Shown: positions 37,301 through 50,899 of the stretch, one piece after another | Numbering within the stretch: the stretch's first letter is position 1 | Layout of the letters: the number at the start of each line of letters is the position of its first letter | NCBI RefSeq assembly: GCF_023055435.1 | Contig: NW_025963968.1 | Span: 6,882,001-6,946,000, forward strand | Direction of reading: 5' to 3' | Length of the DNA: 64,000 nt | DNA from: Haliotis rufescens | Lineage: Eukaryota | The notes under the pieces: generated by a model | Told to the model about the DNA's origin: nothing | Database searches by the model: none | What the model saw: only the letters and a program-made list of their open reading frames with translations | Made by a program: the position numbers and the translations under genes

Positions 37301-39328
37301 CCAGCCAAGACGGATCCTGGCAGCTACTGGCTTGATCCATCAGTTTGTTGCGTGGACGAATGTTAACATGGTGAATCTATAATAAACATCTGCCCAATGC
37401 AGAATCCATTGTACGATTCCAAACACATCATCAGACCGTGATTATAAATCACTATCAAATATCGTGACATCAGGTATTCGCGAAAAGGTGACCGTATACT
37501 GGTCTGAACACACAAAGTACGTGCTCTAGACGACCAGTTGTCGGACTTTCATTTTGTGGAAGTCTCGGTGAGTGGGTTAGATCGCTGACTTTGTGTGCTG
37601 GCGATAAGGTGCCTCACTCCGACAGTGTGGGTTCGAATTCCGTACGGGACTCAACCAAAAAAAGTACGAGAATCTGTACTTTACTAAGAAAGTGTTATCC
37701 CAAATATAACATCTCAAATATCCTAAATGTATACAGCTCATCTGGGCATGCTACTTATGTTTCGTATAGGTATAAAAATTATCCTCAAGCAAATTGTCGG
37801 AAATACATGTACATGCATACTGTTCTCACACAAAGCTCGGATATACATGTATATACATATCGTCCTCATACAAATGTCGGATATATATGCATATGCATGT
37901 TTTCTTCATGCAAATTTCAGATATATAGCCGTATATATGCTTGTCGGCCACTTACTCATATTGACAACATGTAAACTATACAGCTCTCAATACATTACAC
38001 GTCAAACATCAAACAGTAACTTTTATTAGAAATATAGGTTCCATTATTTTGGAGATAAGAAATTACGGTCAGACGGTGTATAAAAATAGTAAATGCCACG
38101 ACACACCTTTTTCTGTATCGGAAAGGGATACAAGGCCAAATGGACGTGTGTGTTGTTATATACATGTTGAACGTAATTTTGAAAGGATCACGTCGTAGAT
38201 AAACAAACAAAATCTTTTCTTGTGCTGATTTCTTAAAATTAATTTATGTCATTCAAATATTAATTAAAGGTTGTATTTAATAATATGACTCTAAACGTTG
38301 ACGTTAAGTGTAATATCGATCGATCACCACACTGTTTCCGAAATTACAAGAAAAGATCCATAATGGTTCACATACGACAATCCGACATTCACCGAGTACA
38401 GCCATCCAAAGATCTAGGCAACGTTTGATATGCGGAGTTATTTAGATCTTGATAGGATATCAGGTTGGATGTCTATTACATGTACAAGCTAATGTAGAAG
38501 AATGGTTTGATGTGTGTGCGTAGGTATCCTTGATTAAATCAGGGACGTGACACTACCTCCTAGACAATGTTACAATCTTTGATAGCTCTAGACTAAAACA
38601 TACTACAATCACCAACAGACACAAGGCAAATGTATTCCAGTTCTAATGAGATGATACATTATTCTGCTACTTCTAGTGCAACGAAGACCTAGGTCACCAC
38701 ACACACATGACACAGTCTATGATAGTTCTAGTTTAAAATCAGCGAGGTCACCACACACAAATATGATACATTCTCTTATAGTTCTAGTTTAGCAAACAGC
38801 GAGGTCACCCCAAACATGATACTATTTAATCTGACACTTCTAGTTTAACGAACTCCCAGATCCCCCACAAGCATATTTCACATCATCTGATTTTTTTCTT
38901 AAACAAAATCCAAGGTGAACCACACATGATACACTATCTGGTACTTTGAGTTTGACAAAAACAAATGTCAACCACACCACACATGATACCCTATTTGACC
39001 TGATACTTGTACTTTAACAAACGCCAAGGTCATGCTCCACGCATGACACTATCTGATAGATATAGACTAACATACAAATGGTCACACACAGACATGGGTT
39101 GCTATGATTGAGTTCACCTTCAACCTTTTTCGATAGGATTTGTCGCTTACAGTTGTGTTCCCAACTGCTTCTTTTGTCGATATGAAAACATATGGAATTT
39201 GGAATGACAAATATCAGAAATATTTTGTAGCGTTAAGATGAGAATACATGTAACAGCGCTGACACAGCTTTTGGATCACCAACACAGGGCTCAGACCCAG
39301 CGGCGCAGCGAGTAATACGTGGACAATT

Positions 39329-40308
39329 CGAAGAAGTTGTTATCCATAAAATTGTGTCTACCTTGTCATCCGTCAACTTCCAAGTAATGCCTATCAGACA
39401 ATTGACAATACGAGGTTTGATTTATAGGAAAAAGTGCTTAACACCAAAAGCCATCCATGAAGATAAAGACAATGCGCTAGAGAAGGGTGCCCCCGGTGGG
39501 CAACATAGCCTTGAAGACAACCCCAGCCTCGTAAGGTCTGTCACGTTACCAACATCGGAAATGATCCCGAGAATCCACGATATGGCGATGACCGACCGGC
39601 GAAAGACTGGGCGTCATATTGCTAGTTCAGTAGGTATTTCCTACGAAAGAGTACATTCAATTATAACGGACACATTGGCAACGAAGAAAATATTATCTCT
39701 TTGGCTTAAAAGACTTCTGACATCTGATGAAAAACGCACCAGGCACTTGGCTCGTGATTATCCAGCTGGTGGAAGCTGATGCCAAAAGGTTCTTGGAAAT
39801 ATGTGTGGCTATGGATGAGTTAACAATAATAAAAATAGTGGAATCATTTGACATCATCCCGAAAGAAGGCAAAGGCTGTCACATCATCTGGAAAGCATAT
39901 ATTCTCCGTATTATTGTGATCCACGGTGGGCTATCTTCCTAACAGTCAGATAATAAACAGAGCATATTATGCTGCACTTTTGTGGCAATTTTACGGGATG
40001 TAATTAAGGGTTCGTGACATTTGAAGCTGAAAAAAGTTGTGCTCTTCCAAAAGGATAATAAGCTAGTGCATAAGTCAATCAAGAGTGGCTTTGAATTCTT
40101 TTAAGCACCCTACTCCTCATTTGCCTCCGGCTGAAGTCCCACTGTTCCCAAACGTCAAGACTGATCTAGTCGGACTCGAACGATGACGTCATTGCAACCG
40201 TGGAGAACGTTCTTGATAGCTAAGAGAAACTCTTCCACGAAACTGGGATAAGCGATAGATAAGTGTTATAATAAAATAAACAAAGGTTCATGGATAACAA
40301 CTTCTTAA
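39329..40308 (+). mobile_element. Decayed mariner transposon
   Basis: TIR core AAGAAGTTGTTATCCAT (39331-39347) / ATGGATAACAACTTCTT (40290-40306). ORF LEDNPS..TDRRKTGRHIASSVGIS..WLKRLLT resembles the mariner HTH and WVPxxL linker. Confidence 0.88.
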
Positions 40309-40309
40309 T

Positions 40310-40890
40310 TACACTGTAATAGCGACGTTTCGGAGTGGATCCTTAGGCCGTTGTCAAAGAAGACTGAATAATGCACATGTACAGAAATATATATGTTTGG
40401 TGAAGTTTTAACAGTAACGACACATTTGATGCACGAGAGTGATTTACATGAGTACGTTGACAAATAACAAGAGACGGATAATATTGAAACAACATGACGG
40501 ACAGAGAACAACCGACGAGGAAGCCAATTTAACATGAACCCAGTTAAACCGGATTAAATTGCATTGGTGGTATGATTGGCAAAATACAACTATTGTTTGA
40601 TGAATTCATTGTAGGCGAATGGGATGCAGTATTCTTCATCTCTGTTGGTAGAATGCTTTCGGCGGCGAATCTGGACTGCTTCTTCTAGTTTTCTTTTTGA
40701 ACGCGTCTCATACAGAGACATCATTGAGATGTCAGGGACCTTTATCAGATCAAAGTCGTATTGATAATCATTTGATTGTTTGTCAGAAATGCGTCAAAAT
40801 ATTTTAAGAAAGTTCTAAGCAATGAGAGAAATGTTTTACAATGGGACGGTTTTCTCAGCTGAAAATACTTGACGTGTTCGTTGAGTGTGT
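40310..40890 (-). mobile_element. Penelope-like 3' fragment (GIY-YIG C-terminus and degenerate hammerhead)
   Basis: Minus strand reads KRKLEEAVQIRRRKHSTNRDEEY; downstream is TTGACAACGG...CCGAAACGTCG (about 40360-40324). Confidence 0.65.
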
Positions 40891-40899
40891 TTATTCAAG

Positions 40900-41990
40900 T
40901 CAAAAAGGCCACTGGCCCACAGGACATACATTGTCAATATTAAAACAAAATAGATAGTTACAATATACACGAGAGGATTAAAACAATATATATACATAAC
41001 AACAAGCAATTATTGATGAAGTGTAGGATACAGTTTAAAAGCGAAAAATATGTATTTACTTAAATTTAACAGTGTTTGAGGGCATTTGGAATTAATTAGC
41101 TTTACAAATGTTGTAACAGAAGGATGTTTATAATAAATAGGTTGAATATAAGATTCCCGGAGTTGAGAGAAGGCTTTGCAGATATGTAAAAAATGATATT
41201 CGTTTTCAATTACATCTATTCCATAACGGCTACAGTATGTACATAATCTGATTTCTTCATCCAATCCCATTCTTCGTCCAAGTTCAATCATTAAATTGTG
41301 GTATCCGCATCTAAATCTTGATAGTGCTTGTCTGTAATTCCGTAAATTGATATGTGTAAGATAAAGTTCGACATTTAAAACAGATTTATAAGTAGAGTAG
41401 GAAGATAGTTTAGAGTTGCCTGTAATGTCTGCTTGCCATTGTTGAATATCTACGTCGATGGTACGTTGTTTTATTTCTGATAAGAATACTGATTAAGTCC
41501 TGCATGATCCAAGTGTATCCAAATCCATATCTAAATAAAGTTTCTTCAACATATGACACCCACGATGTACGGTTTACACTGTCCAGTTCATGTAACATTA
41601 TGTACGTTTGTTTTAGAAGTCGATTGTTGTCCATTGAGATAAGTTTAGTCCAAAAAGATAACAATTTCATTACTTGCGTCACGAAGACAGTATTTCTTCC
41701 ACAGTCACCAAGAACAGCAGTATTGCATGCATTTTGAGGAACATAGATAATCTTCTTGAAATATTTTAGCTGAACTGTTTCGATACATTGAATCCGTTGA
41801 AACCCCCAAATTTCAGCGCCGTAGGTAAGGATTGGTAATATCATTCTGTCAAATTAGTTTGCAGCAAAATTTATTGGCAGTCCACCACACTTAAAATGGA
41901 GTTTATAGATAAGCTGGGATGCTTTTTCGGCTTGCTGTGCTAGTGTCGTTGTTGCTCGAGTCCATACTGCGTTAGGCGTGAAGACCGTGT
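40900..41990 (-). mobile_element. LINE 3' fragment (RTE-X-like)
   Basis: ILPILTYGAEIWG, VLGDCGR, and C-terminal RLCTYC..ENEYHFLHIC CCHC motif. Confidence 0.85.
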
Positions 41991-43004
41991 TCATTACACC
42001 GCTAAGCTCACTGCAGCGGATACTACTTTTCCTAGATGTTAGTACCAGTAGAAATCTTGCTACGGGGAAAACTTTCTATGCTAACCATCAACAACTGGCG
42101 AATCGCAAAGTTTGAACGTTCACTATTCGCGCGGCAGAGAACATATAATCTTGGAAAGGTGACTGGAAAAACAATGACATTAAAATTCAATGAGTAGTTC
42201 CATTGGAAAATATCACAAATACTTAACAAGTGAAAATATGTGCAATATCCCGCGAGACTTGATCACTGATTGACGAATCCCGTCGAAAATTTACCTGGAC
42301 TTCAGTTTTCAAATTTGTTTGTAAACACAGGAAATCTATGTCTGTATTCCACAGTTAAATTAATCATTCCTACTATTCTGACGCTTATTTAGGTGCTAAT
42401 TATAACATAAAAAGTGAATGTATTTTGAAAATACTATTCCTGAAATGTAAGTCCGCTATTAAGTTCGATCTGAACCGAATCAGAGGCCAAATGGCGGCCG
42501 GCATTATTTGCACCTACGAGTTCAGCCCGAAAATAAAACGATTTTATCGATGTCATAAGCCTCCACATGCTTCATCAAACAATCCTTTCTCTCCCAGTAA
42601 ATGTACATTAGAGGTCGCGCATTTACGGTGCATATTTCGTCAGATTTACACGTTCAAATTATTCAAGGATATGCCGAGAGAAGAAACAGAAGGCCGTTCA
42701 GAGGAAAATGATATACTACATGATGCTATAAGCTGATACCGCGATAAAATATTCTCCTTTGAACAGTTTGTGTTGTTAATGTATTGACAGTCATTGGATG
42801 TGCGATACATGGGAGGCCCAGATCTAATTTCTAGACATTGTTCCCAATGTTGCAAGTTGGTGCACTGGCGCGAGGTCCCTTTTGAGAATGTAGTAATGGA
42901 TCACATGTCGTTTAACATTTAATTTTGATTCCACGTCGGCCAACCAGGAAAAATAGGTTAATACACATAAGGAAGAGAATTTATGGATGTCAACTTCTTT
43001 ACCC

Positions 43005-43052
43005 GGTTCACCTGATGAAGGAGTATGCATATACTCCGAAACGTCGTGTTCC
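43005..43052 (+). ncRNA. Minimal type-I hammerhead ribozyme motif
   Basis: cac-CTGATGA-a-GGAGTAT gcat ATACTCC-GAAAC-GTC-gtg: both core boxes, 7-bp stem II and a GUC cleavage triplet. Confidence 0.75.
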
Positions 43053-44729
43053 TCATAATAAAGAAGTTAACATCCATAAATTATCTTCCTTATGTGTATC
43101 ACTTCTACATGCCTTTTTAAGACAGGATAATACACAAGCTTTGTATTTGTTTGTACATGTTTACACTTAGAAAACAGTATTTTAATTATTTTTTCTATTT
43201 CCTCAGGCACCGCAATACCAAAATCCTTTTGCGGACTTGTCAGGACTAAATCCCCAAGGGAGAATTGTTTTCATGAAAGCTTGACGGTATTAGGGTATAC
43301 TGATTCAGTACCTTAAAGAGATGAAATACGGGCCAATGCCTGGGTAAGATTCATGTGAGATATTTGAGATATTGGCCGAAATGAATCATTAAAAACAGCT
43401 GTACCAGTGATCTAGAATGTATTATTTAGGCATTGAAATGATCAACATTTAACTGATGCACAGTTGTCCGAGATCAGAAAATCCGTCACTTAGACAAGAT
43501 CGACATGTGATGCAGATGTCGGTCTCTCACCAAGATACCAGATCATTTGTCCTCATCCTCACTGCCTGGAGTCGTATACCCCCTCCCTCCGCAACGACTC
43601 TCCCCCGCCACAGCGTCTCTCCTACACCATCCATCCTACACAGAACTCACAGCCCAACAACCTTTATGTCAAGGAAGACGCTACAGTTGTCTCTAGGGTT
43701 CCCAACTAGTAATGTTTTCAAGCCGACATTTGTCGGCTAATTTCCGGATCGTGGTGTGATGTTTGTGAAAGAAGGTCAAACTTTGTAAGCCCAGAATGCA
43801 CATCGTTGCATGTAGCGTGCATACGTTTGTAGTATGTGCGGGGGATCGATAATCGTCAGTCATTGCCGGAGGATTAATCCTAAGATCCCCTACTCAAAAA
43901 GGTAATGATGTTTATCCGCACACGTAGGGAAGGACTCAGGGATAACACAGAAGCAGATTAACCCTACACCCACAGTACTCTGGAGTAAGAGATATGCACT
44001 GTCTTTTGTCAGAAGAATCATTACCGTATATACTAGATTGTATGATGTATTGTTTACTTGTATAATGTATTATCTATAAAATGTATAACTTTACATTTGT
44101 GGGAGCTTTATTTTTTAATCAGTGATGGGTGCTACCGGTAGGACAGGACCCTTTTACCCTTTTTCGCGAACACCTGGTGTCGTCACTGATTTTCAGTAAC
44201 CCATTCATGCAATTAACACCGCTATATTGCCTACTACGCCCAATGGGCAATCTATTTCGGTTGATAATCGAGACGGTTTATGCTCACTTTTACGTTTTTT
44301 ATTTATTAAATGACAAAGCTGTTGCTGGATAAAAAGAATAAAAAGAAGACTGAAAGTTATCTGGAATATTTTTTACATGAAACGGGGATCATAAACGCAG
44401 CTTACTGCAGTAAACCGTCCATTAAAGTATACATTACACACTCAGACGATCGTACAATACATCCACCGGACACGCTGTGTATACCCTTGACATTTGCACG
44501 TGATAAGTGCTTCGGGCTTTCAAAACTATGACACAGTAATACATATACGAACTGACCATCCTTGATAGAAGTCGTCTATCTCGTTCTAATCTCTTAGAAT
44601 TGTTGTTAATCACAATTTTCAGCTTGACCTTCGAAGGCAACAGCTGATGAGAGCATGGACACGGTCGCACATACTGTATGTATATTTGCATGCATTTCTG
44701 CGATCGTTTGTCGTTTAACGCCGCTCTCA

Positions 44730-46095
44730 CACACACAAACATAAATTTGATAATGTTTACTTTGTGATGTACAATAGTAGACAGAATTACTACTTAGAAT
44801 ATTTATTGGCATCTTCAAAATATCTATTGCGCTTCTTAAGTGCTAATAAATTATATTTATCAAGACTGTTAAGTAAAGTCGGATTTGAGCTGCAGAACAG
44901 CATTTTAAGTTTTTTGCTGGTTTGGATGGACATATTAATACTTTGGTCAAATGATTTCTTTTAAATCTTCATAGAATGGACATTGGAGGCAAATATGGTA
45001 ATCTGATTCTACTATTGATTCTTTGCAAATTGGACAAAATCTTCAGGAACACAAAACCTGTAATTCTATTTTAACATGTCTATAAAAATATAACTTTGGA
45101 GAAGCTGTCATATTATCGTTCCATATCTGAACAGTGTTTTACAAATTGGTTCATCAATAAATCAACATAGCCAGACGCTTGACGGAGCCAAACTTCTCCC
45201 AAACCATACTTATATAACAAGATTTTAACATCATAACTCCAGCATTTTCCCCCAATTCGGCTTTCCTAAACTCGAAGTGGTACGTACGCTTGAAAATAAT
45301 ATTTGAATTTTGGCTCAACAATCTCAACAAATAAGTAATTATTCCCTTCTATTGAAAAACCTTCATAGAAAATCTCCCAACCTCCCATATCGCAGCTTTA
45401 TTGGGGGTTTTGGCGTTTAAGACCCAATAATAATTTACAAAACATGTCATGAATTGTATCAACATCAGGGCTTGGGTTGAAACTCCATACCTCAGATCCA
45501 CATGATAAAATTGATGTGATTAACTGTATCATAAACAATATAAAGCTGAATACTTTGGGGAAGTTTTGGAACAGATTTTCATTGCAATATTAGGATAACT
45601 TTCCAAGCTTTTGCGACAATGATTTGAGGGTTAAGTACCTGAACCAGATGAGAAAAAATGAACACCAAGATATTTATAGCAAGATACTATTTCAAGATAA
45701 TTAGTGTTAAAGCATTTTTTTCAAAGTTTATACAAAAAACCATTTCTGTAGACAAAAACGAATACAGCCTTTAAATCTATAAATGCACAATAGAAGCGAC
45801 CACACTTCTGAGATAAGTACTTTTGGATAATAGTTTTCAGAATAAATATATTATCTGAGGTCTGATATCTTTTCCGAAAATCTGCCTGTGCCTTCAGTAT
45901 TTTATCCTCAATATCAGCCCATAATGTTTATCTAGAGCAGAAAAGATTCGCAAATATTTTCCCTGCAACTTCCAATAATGTGGTAGTAGGTCTATAGCTT
46001 CCTGGATTATTGGAGGGCCCTTTCTAAGATACAGGCAAGATGACACCATATGTCCACTGGTCGAGATAAATTCCAGTCCGTAGGACAGCATTAAA
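44730..46095 (-). mobile_element. Decayed LINE RT fragment
   Basis: QADFRKRYQTSDNIFILKTIIQKYL..FYCAFIDLKAVF; KGPSNNPGSYRP. Confidence 0.75.
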
Positions 46096-46119
46096 TGATC
46101 TTAGTAACACTTAACACAA

Positions 46120-46800
46120 AGCGGGGGTATACATGTCACATTAATATTGTGTATGACCACCCCCTGATACAAGACGCACAAAAACTCTCCGCGCACAGAA
46201 AAAGTCAGTCTTCTGATGACGTCACGTGGGATACGTCGCCATTCTTCTTGGAGGGCCTGGATCAGATGTTTTCGGTTGGTGTGAGGGTGTGGACTCTGTC
46301 GAACACGACGATCCGTGACATCGCAGAGGTGTTCTATGGGGGACATGTCTGGGGAGCGTGCTTGCCACGGCAACACGTGGACGTTGTTGTCTGCAAGGAA
46401 GTTCTGTACGATTCGGGCTGTATGGGGTCTGGCGTTGTCATGCTGGTAAAGGACACCACGTGGCAGCTGTTGTGAAAATGGTAGGACAATCGGACGACGA
46501 ATGTCATCCATGTCAGGCTGAGCTGTCAAATTTCCGTTGACGGTGACCAGTGGTGTTCTCTCGTGTCCATAAAACCCCCCTCACACGTAAACACCCCTTC
46601 CACCATACGGCACGACATCCCGAACATTCCTCCATCTCGCCGTTCGTTTCCAACCCAACACCCACACACCCATCCTTCGGCGGTAGTCTTCCATCAGCTC
46701 TGAACAGCTCTTTGCCGTTGATTCTGCAAATTAGGAAAGGTCCTTCATATCTTCACTATGAATCCCCTCTAAAACTCCACTGATGCCTCGAATGTTGTAT
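46120..46800 (-). mobile_element. Tc1 transposase fragment
   Basis: YQHDNARPHTAR..VLPWQARSPDMSPIEHL. Confidence 0.85.
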
Positions 46801-47262
46801 TGGCCATTGTAGGATTCCAATTATGAAAAAAAAACAAGCTTCAAATCCTTATAAATCTTGTTTCAACCAATTTCATTGCGGCGCAGCCAACACTCGTTAT
46901 TCACGTGACTTCATGAGATAACTCCATTAATTTGCGCGTGGGCGATTCTGGAATACGTACCTGAAAAGACCATATCGTTGTCCCACGGGGGATAATCTGG
47001 GCAATGCCTTTCTCTTGTCGGCTAATCATAATAGAAATGTGATTAACGTGGTGCACTAAACGAAAAGTAATAATAATGTAGCTATCCTCGATTGCTTTGC
47101 TTAATTGGCTGTAGGTGTAACGTTTCACTCAGGTAATAACAAAGTGTGTGTGTGGTTGAGTCTAGCTGCTGGGGGTGACCCAAAATGTCGAAGGAAGACG
47201 GAAGTAAATACAAGCGATAAAATATCTACTAAAAGCAGAGTACATCTTACGATTCCGACTAT

Positions 47263-47397
47263 CAGTGAGTAAGTTAGTGAGTGAGTGAGTGAGTGAATAT
47301 TTACGCCGCTTTTCGCAATATTCCAGCATTGGGCTCACAAATTCGAACCGGGGTCTTCGGCGTGACGAGCGAACGCTTTAAACACAAGGCTATCCCC
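47263..47397 (-). mobile_element. Internally deleted tRNA-SINE
   Basis: (GTGA)n tail, TTTACGCCGCTTTT and the tRNA head shared with the 17332 family. Confidence 0.75.
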
Positions 47398-48369
47398 GTT
47401 AATCGAAGTGTGAGAGATCTAAGATCTATATCACTTGGGGCATTATATTCACATTAAGCAGACATACGGAAATACTGTTCAAAACGTCGTCAAAACCAAT
47501 TCACTCACTCAATATGTATTTCGTCAAGATTAACAATAACAGAACTTTAAGCTCTGTGAACTCATGTTTCAGACACGTTCTCATCAAAATAAATATCAAA
47601 CTGTTGTGTTGAGTGAAGAAAGGTGTTGCCAGCAGTGAAGGATGATGTTAGCAGCTTGTGCACGTGATGGTCATAATCTGGTTCAGGGAGTGACAAGATA
47701 ATACACTTGTTACTTGTTGTGTTCCTGGCTCTGACCTTGCTCCATTAAGGTCTCCATGTATATTACTGATAATAACTTTCATGGACATGTTTTATGGAAG
47801 CATAAAGAAAGTACAATAGAGTTTTATCAGGATATTACAAATAGATTACTGGGTTAAAAGAAATGTTTTATATTTACTACTCGCTCTTCGTGGTTGACGT
47901 TACCTTTCACTGTAGACTAAAACTATACACAGTGTACCAATAACAGTATGGTCAGCTCATGGAATTGTATTCTTCTGCACGAAACGGGTGTATTTTTAAC
48001 AGTTAGCGTTGTAACGAATGTTTTAAATAACGTAGGTTACTTGGTATTTATTGTTTTCGTCAATACTAATATTTTACTACTTCCGCCGTTGGTGTTCGTG
48101 AAAACAACTATCAGTATGCAAAGATGCAGCATTAATGCTTCCATGACAGCGTTACGGAAATATATATTGCTAATGCAAGAGAATAACCAGCTTAGCTTTT
48201 CTATCGAAACCGATTCCATTTAGCGTAAAGGTCAAATAGCTGTGGGCATATGGGGATGGACCACTGAAAATCAATGATGGCACCAGAGGTTCGCGAAAAA
48301 GTTCAGCATGTCCTGCCCTACCGGTAAGACCCGCCTTTCATACTGTTTGCATAAAAACGTACAGTAAAC

Positions 48370-48535
48370 TACAGTAAACTACGGTTATAACGAACTCAAC
48401 GGGACTACTAATTTTAGTTCGTAATAACCGTAGTTCGTTATAAGCATATATACAGCATATATGCAATAGATGGACGGGACTAAAAAATCCGTCAGTTCGT
48501 TATATGCGTGTTCATTATAAACGTAGTTAACTGTA
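48370..48535. mobile_element. MITE (Tc1/pogo-type ends)
   Basis: TA-CAGTAAACTACGGTTATAACGAAC ... GTTCATTATAAACGTAGTTAACTG-TA inverted ends. Confidence 0.75.
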
Positions 48536-50899
48536 GTTTGATGGCATCATCGTTTGTTGCTTCAGATTATGACCTGTATCCTGCGAGCTATACCCGTTCT
48601 CATTATAATAGAGGCACGTGGTCATGGAACATAGGTGACACATCAGGGGGAATGTTGACGACGGAAAGAAGTGATGAGTGACCTCGCTCGGCAAACTTGA
48701 GTCCGGAGAGTGCCCTGCCCACACTGAATCACATGTTACAGTAAACGAGTGGGTGTCTCAGGAATGTGATATGATCTGTGTTCACCCACGAGCGAGTGGT
48801 TCCTGGTTGGTGTAGATATTATTACACATATAAAACCTTCAATAGTCCTCGCCACTTGGAAAAGAATCACGAAATATGGTGATTATTAATAAACGAAGAT
48901 AACCGCTTGTGTGCCATTCTTTATCAAGAGAAATGGTCATTTTTATCGCCAGCAAAATGGATATTTCTTGAAAAGCGCTCTTTGCAATTTTTGTTTTGTC
49001 ATCTCTGTAAGTAATAGTCCATATATGCGGAATGACTTGTTTTCACTTTATAAGTATTAACACACATGCAGCTATCCTCGTTAATTTAGTGTTATTTAGT
49101 GATTTAGTTGCAAGATTGCTGATGCGACGTTTTGCAATAATTACTGACTCACTCACTCAAGTGGGCCCATTTCTGGTGTCCCCCGCCGTGATATTGCTGG
49201 AATATTGCTAAAAGCGGCGTAAAATCATACTCACTCGCTCACTAAGTGGCAAGGACTATAGCGCATAACAGGCCGCGCCTGACCGTATTTTCTCCAGATA
49301 GCTGGGAAAGCAATTGGCATTCGCACTGTGATGGAGATGGCAGTTACGTCGCGCCAAGAGCACGCCTGCGGATGCAAAAGGATGCGGATACGGTGCAATA
49401 TGAATAAGAATGATTACTATTTTGCCATAATGGAAATACTTGTAATGTAAGGGCGTTAAAAAATCAGTCAAATCATAATAACATCACTTACAATCTGTAC
49501 TATGCGAGGACGCTCATGTAGCATAGAAAAATAAAACTCCATTTGGTGGATATGGAACATACTGGTTTGTGTTAACATGCTTCGGACATTGGGAAGCGAT
49601 AACAGCTTTTAATATGCATCGTGCAGGGTGACATGGTTCCGGTGGTCAATGGTCGTTATAATACGTGTTATAGTAACGCTGCGTCAGTTTTATTGACACC
49701 ATTAATCCACACGCGGTTGGAGAAGTTACTTCAGAAACAGGAATCACCCCGACATACTGACAAGATCCATGACCTTCAATGAAGCTCTCTAAAATAGTGG
49801 CACTGTTGCTGTGGACCTTTCTGATATCTGAAAGATATCATAAATCAATCTTGACAAAAAGACAAAAGAATTGTAATCGGGTCACCTGGCACAACCAATT
49901 AAACTATCCCTAAATTTCTCCCTTCTGGGATGTTATAATTTGGTTTCAAAGGAAATATTGCGCATTCTATTTCATAATGTTGAATTAAGAAACACAAAAT
50001 TGATTAATCTGGCATCCATTCTTCAACCATAAAGAAAGGCAAGACAAGCTGAGCCATACCACGTACACATGGTGCCGTTACTGACGTAGTGATCATTCAT
50101 CTGTTGTGTTCGCTGTCACCAGATCAGAAGACAAACAGAATAAAATAGAACGTTAAAATGGGAATTTGAGATATGATTAAGAACAAGGCAGACCAGTGGT
50201 TTATAGCAATTGTGACAATGTAACAGGTCGATGTTTTGAATGATTTACCTTCAGTATCCACACATGTAGAATTATCAGCACTGTTTCATTCATCAAATTT
50301 ATATTGAGCGTGACAGTAGGCCCGCGGTCTGTGGCGCCTTGTAATCTATACAATCTTCTCAACAATTATGTAACTGTAACAACGGAAAAAACTTTGCTTC
50401 ATATAAAGTTTAATATAAATACACTTATTCTGAAATTAAAAAATGCATCTTTCCCTACGAATTTCTGATGATATCTTCTCGACTTTAAAGTCGAGATTCA
50501 CAATTTGCACGTGTAAGTTTATGCACGGCGCACACTTTGTGTGTTTTTTGGGAGCATGACACGCAGACGCGTGTATTTTAAAAATGTGAACAGCCCACAA
50601 TAATTGTTTAGCTATCAGGTGCTGATATGAACACTTTTGATTAAGCGTAAATAACGCGTTCGTAATGCCACGGCTGGCTGAAACTCAACGTCTTCGCACC
50701 TTGGGTATGCTGAAAACAGGAATGGCGAAAAACGACGTTTCCAGACATTTTATTGTCCATCGAAACAAAAAAGTATCTCTTTGTTGACGTTATCTTCAGT
50801 AGGGGAACACTCATGACGTGCCATTGGCCAGTCAAAGTCAAAGATGTTTATTGTATCAAAGGCCATCGGCCCATATACAAGTTCAGATAAATACAGTGG

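Larger units (their letters stand above)
27901..39451. repeat. Three-copy tandem duplication (27901-31110, 31111-35872, 35873-39451)
   Basis: Each unit starts CGTG(A/G)CTGCAACTGATGTACAC and ends ...CCAAAAG. Each contains two tRNA-like heads, an approximately 50-bp degenerate minisatellite and the 5' end of a mariner. Confidence 0.92.
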
